Of a DNA stretch of 64,000 nt, positions 1-8,895 are shown in pieces. A program made the position numbers and the translations under genes. Source of the stretch: an uncultured Chloroflexia bacterium (GTDB lineage Bacteria; Chloroflexota; Chloroflexia; QHBQ01; JADMIH01); the NCBI GenBank assembly GCA_963797095.1, contig CAWCNY010000004.1, positions 160,001 to 224,000 on the forward strand. The letters run 5' to 3'. Each line of letters begins with the position of its first letter. The first letter of the stretch is position 1. Below the pieces are notes generated by a model. The model saw only the letters and a program-made list of their open reading frames with translations. It was not told the origin of the DNA and did not search any database.

Positions 1-164
1 TGATCATGCAGGACTATGAAGACAGGGTTTATGTCGTGGTTACAGTGGACGACGATCCCGGAAAGGAGTTTGGCGAGATGCTCAAGCCCGCTCATCGCTT
101 CTTCTTCTCGCCTTTCGAGGTCGAGCCTCTGGGTCAAGTGGGACGGGAGGGGGAACGCTCATGA
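1..164 (+). CDS. 3' end of a conserved accessory protein of group 1h-type hydrogenase clusters (partial)
   Basis: Frame 3 reads IMQDYEDRVYVVVTVDDDPGKEFGEMLKPAHRFFFSPFEVEPL...*. The stop overlaps the protease start (ATGA). The VxVDDDPG...RFFFSPxEVEPL tail resembles the hypothetical gene that precedes the protease in such clusters. Confidence 0.65.
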   Translation, partial: IMQDYEDRVYVVVTVDDDPGKEFGEMLKPAHRFFFSPFEVEPLGQVGREGERS

Positions 165-679
165 CGTGCGAACAGCCGCCCCGCATCCTCGTCGCCTGCA
201 TTGGCAATATCTTCCTGGGAGACGATGCTTTCGGGGTCGAGGTGGCGCGTGCGCTGGCAGCACGCACATTACCGGACAATGTGAAGTTGACCGACTTTGG
301 GATACGTGGGTTCGACCTCGCATATGCCCTCATGGACGGCTACGACGCATGCATTATGGTTGATGCTGTGCCTCGCGGTGAAGCGCCGGGTACTCTCTTC
401 CTGATTGAACCTGATATGAGCAAGCTGGGACCACCCGGAGAGGCTGCGATTGATACTCATGCCATGCACCCGCTCAAGGTGCTGAACATGGTTAAGAACC
501 TGGGAGGAAATCCTGGGCACATACTTTTGGTAGGGTGCGAGCCTACGCCTCTCGATCAGGAAGACGAAGAGATGGGCGTGATGGGCCTGAGCGCACCGGT
601 ACAAATGGCGGTTGGAAACGCTATTGAAATGATAGAGTCCCTAATTGAGAAGCTTTCGCACCAAGAGGCGATAATCTGA
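161..679 (+). CDS. hydrogenase maturation endopeptidase (HupD/HybD/HycI family)
   Basis: GNIFLGDDAFGVEV, DFGIRGFDL, VDA and THAMHP motifs; sits in a hyp cluster. Confidence 0.93.
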   Translation: MTCEQPPRILVACIGNIFLGDDAFGVEVARALAARTLPDNVKLTDFGIRGFDLAYALMDGYDACIMVDAVPRGEAPGTLFLIEPDMSKLGPPGEAAIDTHAMHPLKVLNMVKNLGGNPGHILLVGCEPTPLDQEDEEMGVMGLSAPVQMAVGNAIEMIESLIEKLSHQEAII

Positions 680-701
680 AGCCGGCAAAGGAGATTGAAA
701 G

Positions 702-812
702 ATGGAATGGGTTCTCTACATAATTCTTGCGGTCGTTCTGATTGCCATCATCGCAGCGCTCGTGCTGGGACTCCCAGATTTGATGCGCTACTTACGGATG
801 CGTAAGATGTGA
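702..812 (+). CDS. 36-aa single-TM peptide (DUF6893-like), copy 1
   Basis: Not in the ORF track. AAGGAG RBS upstream; translates to MEWVLYIILAVVLIAIIAALVLGLPDLMRYLRMRKM*. Confidence 0.8.
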   Translation: MEWVLYIILAVVLIAIIAALVLGLPDLMRYLRMRKM

Positions 813-821
813 TGAACTGTC

Positions 822-1163
822 ATGCATGAGCTGTCCATTATGACTTATCTGCTGGATGCCGTGGAACGCGAAGCACAGCAGCTAGGTGCCAAGCGCGTGA
901 GAGCGATCAACCTCGCGGTTGGAGAGCGCGCAGGGGTGGATGATTCACTCCTCTTTTATTTCGACATGCTGACGCCGGAAACGGTTGTCGAGGGGGCTAC
1001 ACTCAACATACGTCGAACACCTATGAGCTTTCATTGCGACAACTGTGGAGAGAACTACGCCCCAAAAGGTGGCGATTTTGACTGCCCACATTGCGGTACG
1101 GTGGGCCGCCTGGAGGACGATGGGAGCCAATTGCTGATCGAAAGCATAGAGATCGAAACATGA
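822..1163 (+). CDS. hypA: hydrogenase nickel metallochaperone HypA
   Basis: N-terminal MHELS, two CxxC motifs (CDNC, CPHC). Confidence 0.95.
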   Translation: MHELSIMTYLLDAVEREAQQLGAKRVRAINLAVGERAGVDDSLLFYFDMLTPETVVEGATLNIRRTPMSFHCDNCGENYAPKGGDFDCPHCGTVGRLEDDGSQLLIESIEIET

Positions 1164-1843
1164 GCGTACAAACTATCAAGATTATTAAGAACGTGCTTGC
1201 GAGCAACGATGAAGTAGCTGCTCGTAACGCCGCGCGCTTGGAAGAAGCTGAAGTACTGGCAATAAATGTGATAGCCTCCCCTGGCGCAGGCAAAACCAGT
1301 CTTATTACGCGCACTCTCCGGGCATTGCAGGGGCGAGCGTCCATTGGCGTGATAGAAGGCGACATCGCGGGGAGCATCGATGCAGAGAGAGTGATAGAGG
1401 CGGGCGCGACCGAAGCCGTTCAGATAAACACGGGTGGCAATTGTCACCTTGAGGCTCATATGGTAGAGCAGGCACTGGACCGCCTGGATCTGAGTTTGTT
1501 CGACATACTGTTTATTGAGAATGTAGGCAATCTGATCTGCCCAACCAATTGGGCATTAGGCGAGCGGCACAAATTATGCTTATTGAGTACCGCAGAGGGG
1601 CACGACAAGCCGATCAAGTACCCGGAGATATTCATAGCCAGCGATGTAATCGTCCTCAACAAGATTGACTTGATCGAGTATGTGGATTTCGATAGGGACT
1701 CGTTCTATCGGTCGGTGCGTGCGCTCAACACTAGTGCGCCCATTTTCGAGGTTTCTTGCCGTACAAGCGAGGGACTGAATGAATGGGCAGATTGGCTATA
1801 TGACCAGCGAGTGCGAACAGCGAAAGCGAGGAAACTACGATGA
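1160..1843 (+). CDS. hypB: hydrogenase nickel-insertion GTPase HypB
   Basis: SPGAGKTS P-loop, IEGDI, TGGNCHL, ENVGNLICP and NKID. Start moved to ATG 1160, which overlaps the hypA stop (ATGA). Confidence 0.95.
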   Translation: MSVQTIKIIKNVLASNDEVAARNAARLEEAEVLAINVIASPGAGKTSLITRTLRALQGRASIGVIEGDIAGSIDAERVIEAGATEAVQINTGGNCHLEAHMVEQALDRLDLSLFDILFIENVGNLICPTNWALGERHKLCLLSTAEGHDKPIKYPEIFIASDVIVLNKIDLIEYVDFDRDSFYRSVRALNTSAPIFEVSCRTSEGLNEWADWLYDQRVRTAKARKLR

Positions 1844-1950
1844 AAATCTTCTTCAGTGTATTCGGTGTATTGGTGGTGGTGGCGGCAACATCTGTACTGG
1901 TCGCCAGTCTACCAGACATGATTCGCTACGTGCGTATGAAAACGATGTAA
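1840..1950 (+). CDS. 36-aa single-TM peptide (DUF6893-like), copy 2
   Basis: Not in the ORF track. ATGA overlap with the hypB stop; translates to MKIFFSVFGVLVVVAATSVLVASLPDMIRYVRMKTM*. Confidence 0.8.
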   Translation: MKIFFSVFGVLVVVAATSVLVASLPDMIRYVRMKTM

Positions 1951-1973
1951 CAGGCCGCAGGATATAGTCAGGA

Positions 1974-4352
1974 TTGTCTAGTATGGTTGGATTGAGACCC
2001 GCGTTCTCAAATTCCAATATCGCTACTTTCGAACGATGGCGCATAACCGTGCGAGGCGTCGTGCAAGGCGTTGGCTTTCGGCCTTTTGTCTACGGCCAAG
2101 CCTTGCGCTTGGGCCTCGCCGGTTATGTGCTAAACGACAGTGGCGGTGTGACTATAGAATTAGAGGGCGGTCCTGACGCGTTGAATGCCTTCCATCAAAG
2201 TCTTACCGAAGGTGCTCCACCGCTGGCGCGTATTGCCAGCATCGAGGTTGAACAGATCGTACCTCGCGGGGATACCGCTTTCGTGATTGCGCATAGCCAG
2301 GCGGGGGACGAGCGCAATACTCTCATCTCACCTGATACAGCCATCTGTGACGACTGCTTGCGAGAGCTTTTCGATCCCAACGACAGGCGCTACCTCTATC
2401 CGTTTATCAACTGCACCAACTGTGGCCCCCGCTTTACGATTGTGCAAGACGTTCCGTACGACCGGGCCAACACGACCATGCAGGATTTCAAGATGTGCCC
2501 GGCCTGTAAAGCGGAATATGATGACCCGCTTGACAGGCGCTTCCACGCTCAACCCAACGCATGCCCGGTGTGCGGCCCCCAGGTCAAGTGGAGAGTACAG
2601 AGTGCGGATCATGGCCTCGATTGCGAGGAAACATTCTCATCCCGCACAACACAATCAGGTTTGGAGTTGGCGGCGGAACGACTAGGGGGAGGTGCAGTTC
2701 TGGCGATAAAGGGGCTGGGGGGTTATCACCTGGCGTGCGATGCGCTGAATCCACAAGCCGTGGACCTGTTGAGGCGACGTAAACATCGCGAGGCCAAGCC
2801 TTTCGCCCTTATGGTCCCCGATCTGGCAACAGCGCGTCTCTTGTGCGAGGTGAGCGAAGCCGAAGCAGCCTTGCTTCAATCGCACAGACGACCAATCGTG
2901 CTCTTGAAGCAACGTGCCGACAATGAGATAGCGCCTGGAGTCGCCCCAGGATATGATACCCTGGGAATTATGTTCCCATACACGCCTCTGCATCACGTTC
3001 TTATGAGGTTCTTCGAGGCGGATGGGTCGCGACGTCCTGCGGCTTTGGTGATGACCAGCGGAAATTTGTCCGAGGAGCCGATTGCGTACAAGGACGACGA
3101 GGCGCGCGAACGCCTCTCTTCCATAGCTGAGGGACTTGTATCGCACAATAGGAATATCCAGGTGCGGTGCGATGATTCCGTGGTGCGAGTTGCGGCAGGG
3201 AGCGAACAGCTATTCCGACGCTCTCGCGGCTACGCGCCTGAGCCGGTGATGTTGCCTTTCGAGAGTCCGGTGCCGTTGCTAGCTGCCGGGGGCCATCTGA
3301 AGAACACCTTCTGCCTGGTGAAAGGGCGGCAGGCTTTCATAAGCCATCACATCGGCGACGTGCAAAATCTTGAAACGCTCAAGTCCTATTTGGAAGGGAT
3401 CGATCATTTCAAGCAGATCTTCGATGTTTACCCAGAGGCGGTTGCGTATGATTTGCACCCTGAATACCTCGCGACCAAGTATGCGCTCGATCGAGAAATA
3501 CCTCTCAAAATTGGTGTGCAGCACCATCACGCCCACATTGCAAGCGTGCTGGCCGAGCATGGTCTTGAGGGGCAAGTCATAGGGATCGCAGCCGACGGAA
3601 CTGGCTATGGCACCGACGGAGCGGTGTGGGGATGCGAAGTCATGGTCGCGGGTCTCACTGAGTTCGAGCGAGTAGCCCACTTGAATTATGTACCGCTACC
3701 GGGAGGCGAGCAAGCGGTGCGCCAACCGTGGCGTATGGCGGCCACATACCTGGCTAAAGCTTACGGGGATAACTTCGCAGGGTTGGAACTGCCATTCACG
3801 AAAACCTTCGACCGAACACGCTGGCATACTTTAGGTCAGATGATCGACCGAGGGCTGAACTGTCCACCCACGTCCAGCCTGGGGCGCTTGTTTGATGCGG
3901 TAGCGGCTCTGCTGGGCGTGGGTGGCGAGGTGATTTACGAAGGTCAGGCCGCAATCGAGCTTGAGATGCTGGCCCAGCCCGATCACCAGAGTTATCCGGT
4001 TGAGCTAGCTGATGGAACGCCAATCAGGCTTGATGTATCTCCCATGATCAGGGCCATTGTTGAAGATATTCAAAAGGGGATACCCGTTTCCCAAATAGCA
4101 GGCCGATTCCATTTTACGATTGCCGAAATGTTGGCTACCGTCTGCTTGAGAGTGCGAGAGGACAGGGGCCTTGCTAAAGTTGCGGTCAGTGGTGGGGTGT
4201 TCCAGAATCGTCTCCTGCTGGAACAGCTCACCGCTTGTCTGACAGAAATTGGATTTCAGGTATATACGAATCGACAGGTGCCGACCAACGATGGCGGATT
4301 GAGCTATGGACAGGCGGCAGTGGCCGCGGCCCAGCTGACAACACTGCATTAA
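1974..4352 (+). CDS. hypF: carbamoyltransferase HypF
   Basis: Acylphosphatase domain VQGVGFRPFV, two CxxC-X18-CxxC zinc fingers, QHHHAH, DGTGYG and PTNDGG. Start may be ATG 1983. Confidence 0.97.
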   Translation: MSSMVGLRPAFSNSNIATFERWRITVRGVVQGVGFRPFVYGQALRLGLAGYVLNDSGGVTIELEGGPDALNAFHQSLTEGAPPLARIASIEVEQIVPRGDTAFVIAHSQAGDERNTLISPDTAICDDCLRELFDPNDRRYLYPFINCTNCGPRFTIVQDVPYDRANTTMQDFKMCPACKAEYDDPLDRRFHAQPNACPVCGPQVKWRVQSADHGLDCEETFSSRTTQSGLELAAERLGGGAVLAIKGLGGYHLACDALNPQAVDLLRRRKHREAKPFALMVPDLATARLLCEVSEAEAALLQSHRRPIVLLKQRADNEIAPGVAPGYDTLGIMFPYTPLHHVLMRFFEADGSRRPAALVMTSGNLSEEPIAYKDDEARERLSSIAEGLVSHNRNIQVRCDDSVVRVAAGSEQLFRRSRGYAPEPVMLPFESPVPLLAAGGHLKNTFCLVKGRQAFISHHIGDVQNLETLKSYLEGIDHFKQIFDVYPEAVAYDLHPEYLATKYALDREIPLKIGVQHHHAHIASVLAEHGLEGQVIGIAADGTGYGTDGAVWGCEVMVAGLTEFERVAHLNYVPLPGGEQAVRQPWRMAATYLAKAYGDNFAGLELPFTKTFDRTRWHTLGQMIDRGLNCPPTSSLGRLFDAVAALLGVGGEVIYEGQAAIELEMLAQPDHQSYPVELADGTPIRLDVSPMIRAIVEDIQKGIPVSQIAGRFHFTIAEMLATVCLRVREDRGLAKVAVSGGVFQNRLLLEQLTACLTEIGFQVYTNRQVPTNDGGLSYGQAAVAAAQLTTLH

Positions 4353-4384
4353 TGGCATCGTAACCAACTTCAGGAGGTAAGTAA

Positions 4385-4657
4385 ATGTGTTTAGGTATTC
4401 CAGGCCAGATACTAGAGATGGTAGACGATGCCAATAGCATCGCCAAAGTCGAAGTTTCCGGCGTCAAACGCAACGTAAGCGTTGCTCTGGTGCGCCCTGA
4501 AGGAATAGCTCCCGGCGACTGGGTGCTAATCCATGTCGGCTTTGCCATGAGCAAGATCGATGAAATCGAAGCCCAGGAGACTCTCGATATCCTCCGCCAA
4601 ATGGGAGAAATCTACACGGATGAATTAAGGATGTTACATGAGAGTGAGATAAATTGA
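4385..4657 (+). CDS. hypC: hydrogenase chaperone HypC
   Basis: MCLGIPG start, GDWVLIHVGFA; GGAGG RBS. Confidence 0.96.
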   Translation: MCLGIPGQILEMVDDANSIAKVEVSGVKRNVSVALVRPEGIAPGDWVLIHVGFAMSKIDEIEAQETLDILRQMGEIYTDELRMLHESEIN

Positions 4658-4663
4658 GCGCCA

Positions 4664-5329
4664 ATGGACGATAATCGGGCACAGGCTATGAGACAGAACC
4701 TGGGACCGCGTACTCGACAGAGCGACCTTGAACAGGCAAGGCTACTCTCACTGGTGGACGCGCGGTTTGAGCAGAGCATTGCTGTGCCTGAGGCGTTCTT
4801 CACGGAACAAGCGGGGCACATCGCAGAGGCTTGCTGGGCGATGGCGCGCCGCTTCCATTCGGGAGGGCGGCTGCTTGCGTTCGGCAACGGGGCGTGGGCG
4901 ACCGATGCGCAGCATGTCTCCGTGGAGTTCGTACATCCCGTAATAGTCGGCAAGCGCGCGCTGCCCGCCCTGGCCCTTACCAACGATAGCGCATTCCTGA
5001 GCGGCCTGAAAGATAGCCTGGGTATGGGAAGTTCATTTGCTCGGCAGATTGCCCTTATCTCCAGGCCACAGGACGTTGCCTTAGGTTTTTCGTCGGACGG
5101 AAACACCGTGAATATTCTGGATGGGTTGTTAGAAGGCAAGCACAGGGGCCTCCTCACGCTTGGGCTAACCGGCGAGGATGGCGGGGAGATGCAGGGGGCC
5201 GGACTAGATTTCTGTTTCGTCGTCCCGTCCAGCGACCCGATGGTAGTGCAAGAGACCCATGAAACGCTCTACCACGTCCTGTGGGAGCTTGTGCACATCT
5301 TTTTCGAGCATGAAGGATTATTATCATGA
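4664..5329 (+). CDS. SIS-domain (GmhA-like) protein of the hydrogenase cluster
   Basis: FGNGAWATDAQH, RALPALAL and QETHETLYHVLWELVH. Confidence 0.85.
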   Translation: MDDNRAQAMRQNLGPRTRQSDLEQARLLSLVDARFEQSIAVPEAFFTEQAGHIAEACWAMARRFHSGGRLLAFGNGAWATDAQHVSVEFVHPVIVGKRALPALALTNDSAFLSGLKDSLGMGSSFARQIALISRPQDVALGFSSDGNTVNILDGLLEGKHRGLLTLGLTGEDGGEMQGAGLDFCFVVPSSDPMVVQETHETLYHVLWELVHIFFEHEGLLS

Positions 5330-5580
5330 ACAATCAATTGCTGGGTTTCGCTTCTAATGCAAATGAGGCTCTTGAGTACGAGTTTCACTGTATTACGTGT
5401 TCCGACCAGGCCATCCCTGCGAAGGTAATGCAGATCCACGAGGAACTGGGCTTGGCGCTCGTGGAATTGCAGGGCGACACGGCGGAGGTAGATATTAGCC
5501 TTGTTGATGAGGTGAAGCTTGGAGATACGATCCTGGTGCATGGTGGGGTAGCATTGAGCAATCTAAGAACGCAACCGTAA
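5326..5580 (+). CDS. second, atypical HypC/HupF-family protein
   Basis: GDTILVHGGVA HypC-like C-terminus; CITCSD in place of the N-terminal MC. Confidence 0.8.
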   Translation: MNNQLLGFASNANEALEYEFHCITCSDQAIPAKVMQIHEELGLALVELQGDTAEVDISLVDEVKLGDTILVHGGVALSNLRTQP

Positions 5581-6290
5581 TGGCACACAATAACAACAAT
5601 AATAGCAATTCGGAAGGCTCGGAATACGACCGGCTATTCTACCCATACTTGTTCGAGGGTGGCAAAGCCAGCCTGGACGATGTGCTGGCGCAGGTGCGCC
5701 ATTCGACGATCGAGAAGTGCCGTGAGGTAATCACCCTTCGACGCGCCACTCTTGAAAGCTATAGGGAGCAGATAGTAAGCGCGGCCAGAGCCATGGCAAG
5801 AGCTTTCGCGGGCGGCGCTACACTGTTCGCGTTTGGAAATGGCGGCAGCGCAACAGATGCCCAGGACCTGGTGGCCGATTTGAACGATCCCCCCTTCGGG
5901 CATAGACCTTTACCCGCTATCGCGCTGACCAACGACATTGCGGTAGTGACAGCCGTAGCAAACGATGTGGGCTTCAACAACGTGTACGCACGGCAAGTGA
6001 TCGCCTTCGGCAAGCCTGGCGACATAGCGTTTGGTATCTCTACAAGCGGCAATTCGCTGAACGTGTTGTCAGCTTTCGAGCAAGCCCGGAAGCAAAGACT
6101 GTTGACCATAGGGCTAGCAGGCTATGATGGCGGCAAAACTGCGCGCACGTCGGCCGTGGACTTTTGCATTGTCGCCCAAAGCGACCATATTCCGCGTATT
6201 CAAGAGGCACATGCCACGATCTACCACGCCCTACTTGAAGTAGTGTGGGAGACGATGGCCTTGCAGAATGAACAAGGAGCAGCAACATGA
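5580..6290 (+). CDS. SIS-domain phosphoheptose-isomerase-like protein
   Basis: FGNGGSATDAQ, ANDVGF, STSGNS and RIQEAH. Confidence 0.88.
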   Translation: MAHNNNNNSNSEGSEYDRLFYPYLFEGGKASLDDVLAQVRHSTIEKCREVITLRRATLESYREQIVSAARAMARAFAGGATLFAFGNGGSATDAQDLVADLNDPPFGHRPLPAIALTNDIAVVTAVANDVGFNNVYARQVIAFGKPGDIAFGISTSGNSLNVLSAFEQARKQRLLTIGLAGYDGGKTARTSAVDFCIVAQSDHIPRIQEAHATIYHALLEVVWETMALQNEQGAAT

Positions 6291-7435
6291 AGTACGTCGA
6301 TGAGTACCGCGACCCCGAATTGGCACGAAGCATCTCCACTGAAATCGCCAAGCTGACCGAAGGCAGCTCTGTCAAGTTGATGGAGGTGTGCGGCGGTCAT
6401 ACACATACGATATACAAGCACGGCATTGAAGATGTGCTGCCGCGCAATATAGACCTGGTGCATGGCCCCGGCTGCCCGGTATGCGTGCTTCCAATGGGGC
6501 GCATAGACGATGCCCTCGCCATAGCACGCACGGAAGGGGTCATATTTACAACCTTTGGTGATATGATGCGCGTTCCTGGCTCGTATGGCAGTTTGCTGGA
6601 TACAAAGGCTGAAGGTGCCGATGTGCGCTTTGTCTATTCGCCGCTTGATGCCTTGAAGTTGGCCCGCGACAACCCTGATCGACAGGTGGTCTTTTTCGCC
6701 ATAGGCTTCGAGACCACTGCTCCGTCTACTGCGGTCACGCTGCTAAGGGCGCAATCCGAAAACCTCAAGAACTTCTCGGTTTTCTGCAACCATGTGACGA
6801 TCATTCCTGCTATCAAAGCCATACTGGACTCGCCCGACCTGAGATTGGATGGCTTCATTGGCCCTGGCCACGTGAGTATGGTAATTGGCATGCGGCCCTA
6901 CACGTTTATCGCTCGCGACCACCTCAAGCCGGTGGTAATCGCCGGCTTCGAACCTCTAGATATCATCCAATCGGTATATATGATAGTCAAACAGCTCAGC
7001 GAAGGGCGGTCCGAGGTCGAGAATCAATACGGGCGAGTGGTGCGTCCCGAAGGCAACGTCAAAGGGTTGGAAGTAATGGCACGCACGATGGAGCTTCGAC
7101 CATTCTTCGAGTGGCGAGGGTTGGGTTTTATCACCCATAGCGCACTGAAGTTACGCCCGGAGTTCGCTCCATGGGATGCCGAGCTACGGTTTGAGGTGCC
7201 TGGACTCCGAGTGGCCGATCCGAAAGCTTGCCAGTGCGGCGAGGTATTGAAGGGTGTGATCAAGCCCTGGGAGTGCAAAGTATTCGGCACTGCCTGCACA
7301 CCGGAAACTCCCATCGGCACTTGCATGGTCTCACCTGAGGGGGCTTGTGCGGCGTATTTCAACTATGGCCGCTTCTCGATGGCTTCCGAGCGCGACAAGC
7401 TCCAGGTCATAGAGCTTCGGCCTGTGAATCGATGA
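6287..7435 (+). CDS. hypD: hydrogenase formation protein HypD
   Basis: MEVCGGHTH, GPGCPVC, GFETTAP, GHVS and the C-terminal Cys cluster CMVSPEGACAAY. Confidence 0.97.
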   Translation: MKYVDEYRDPELARSISTEIAKLTEGSSVKLMEVCGGHTHTIYKHGIEDVLPRNIDLVHGPGCPVCVLPMGRIDDALAIARTEGVIFTTFGDMMRVPGSYGSLLDTKAEGADVRFVYSPLDALKLARDNPDRQVVFFAIGFETTAPSTAVTLLRAQSENLKNFSVFCNHVTIIPAIKAILDSPDLRLDGFIGPGHVSMVIGMRPYTFIARDHLKPVVIAGFEPLDIIQSVYMIVKQLSEGRSEVENQYGRVVRPEGNVKGLEVMARTMELRPFFEWRGLGFITHSALKLRPEFAPWDAELRFEVPGLRVADPKACQCGEVLKGVIKPWECKVFGTACTPETPIGTCMVSPEGACAAYFNYGRFSMASERDKLQVIELRPVNR

Positions 7436-7526
7436 CAAATGATAGATTTCGAGTGACAAGTGACGACTGACGAGAACAATCGTCTCTTGCCCTTCGTCAT
7501 TCGTCCGTAACAGAGAGGAGAAGTGC

Positions 7527-8645
7527 GTGACCGGCCTTAATGAAAGACAGGGACAGACCCTGGCCGAGGCTCTGGACAAGATCGAGCGTGTTCGGCAGGC
7601 ACGGAGACGCAAGTTTCACCTGCGCGACGAACGCATTACTTTGAGTCACGGTAGTGGGGGCAAAGCCACACACAACTTGATAGAGGGCGTGTTCGCGCCG
7701 GCGTTCTCAAATCCCATGTTGGATCGCATGGATGATGCGGCCATTTTTTCGGTCACTGGCGTGGGACAAACCGCATCAATCGCTTTCACCACTGACACCT
7801 ATGTTGTGAATCCCCTCTTCTTCCCCGGTGGCGACATCGGCAAGCTGGCGGTACACGGCACGATCAACGACATTGCGATGTCTGGAGCGCGACCGCTCTA
7901 TCTATCTGCCGGCTTCATACTGGAAGAGGGCTTGCCAATCAACGACCTGCGTCGTATCGTCCAATCGATGGCCGATGCGGCGACGGAGGCCGGGGTCCGG
8001 ATTGTTACGGGCGATACAAAAGTGGTGCAGAGAGGCAAAGCTGACGGGGTGTTCATCAACACGGCAGGGGTAGGCGTGCTGGAGGCAACATGGCCTATTG
8101 GGCAGGCTTTTGTACAGCCTGGTGACAAGGTGTTGTTGAGCGGGCCGGTTGGAGACCACGGTATTGCGGTTATGATGGCGCGGGAGTCTCTCGACATCGA
8201 GACCGACATTCAGAGCGATACTGCACCTTTGCACAGGCTGGTGGCCGCCGTCATGGAGGCTGCGGGAGAAGGGGTTCACTGCTTGAAAGACCCTACGCGT
8301 GGAGGGGTAGCGACCTCGCTCAACGAGATCGCAATGGCCTCCGAAGTATCAATCGCGCTGGATGAGAACTCCATTCCTGTACGCATGGGAGTACGTGGCG
8401 CATGCGAAATCCTGGGGCTCGATCCTCTAACAATCGCCAACGAGGGCAAGTTGCTAGCAATTGTTGCAGCGGAGTCGGCAGATGCGGCACTGGCAGCCAT
8501 GCGCGACCACCCTCTCGGGCGGGAAGCGGCATTAATCGGCGAGGTGCGGGCCGAACCGGCTGCGATGGTGTTTCTCCACACCGACATAGGGGGCACCCGT
8601 GTGCTGGATATGCTCGTTGGCGACCCGCTGCCGCGGATTTGCTAG
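7527..8645 (+). CDS. hypE: carbamoyl dehydratase HypE
   Basis: HGSGGK, FFPGGDIG, TGDTKVV, DPTRGG and C-terminal PRIC. Confidence 0.97.
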   Translation: MTGLNERQGQTLAEALDKIERVRQARRRKFHLRDERITLSHGSGGKATHNLIEGVFAPAFSNPMLDRMDDAAIFSVTGVGQTASIAFTTDTYVVNPLFFPGGDIGKLAVHGTINDIAMSGARPLYLSAGFILEEGLPINDLRRIVQSMADAATEAGVRIVTGDTKVVQRGKADGVFINTAGVGVLEATWPIGQAFVQPGDKVLLSGPVGDHGIAVMMARESLDIETDIQSDTAPLHRLVAAVMEAAGEGVHCLKDPTRGGVATSLNEIAMASEVSIALDENSIPVRMGVRGACEILGLDPLTIANEGKLLAIVAAESADAALAAMRDHPLGREAALIGEVRAEPAAMVFLHTDIGGTRVLDMLVGDPLPRIC

Positions 8646-8895
8646 GCCGAGCATTCAGACTAAAGAGCCAACAATCGTCGGCCATTAGAGTGGTAGGATT
8701 CTGGCAGCCACGCACTAAATGCCCTATAATAGGCACGTGAGTCGTCACACTAATGGTCCTGTAGGTTCTGGCTCAGCACTTGGTTCTATCTTGTATATCT
8801 AATAGTACCGGCTCCGAATCTAGTCGTCGGAGTCGGTTGTCGTTATATCGAACTTCTGTCCATGCTTACACGTCAAAATCGTTTAGGGAGCACTC

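Noticed and set aside
5589-5610. Poly-Asn run at the SIS protein N-terminus
   Set aside because: Mixed AAT/AAC codons and short; not a phase-variable tract.
7433-7505. TGAC-rich short periodic repeats with an imperfect hairpin between hypD and hypE
   Set aside because: Too short and degenerate for CRISPR or a mobile element; probably a small intergenic palindromic repeat.
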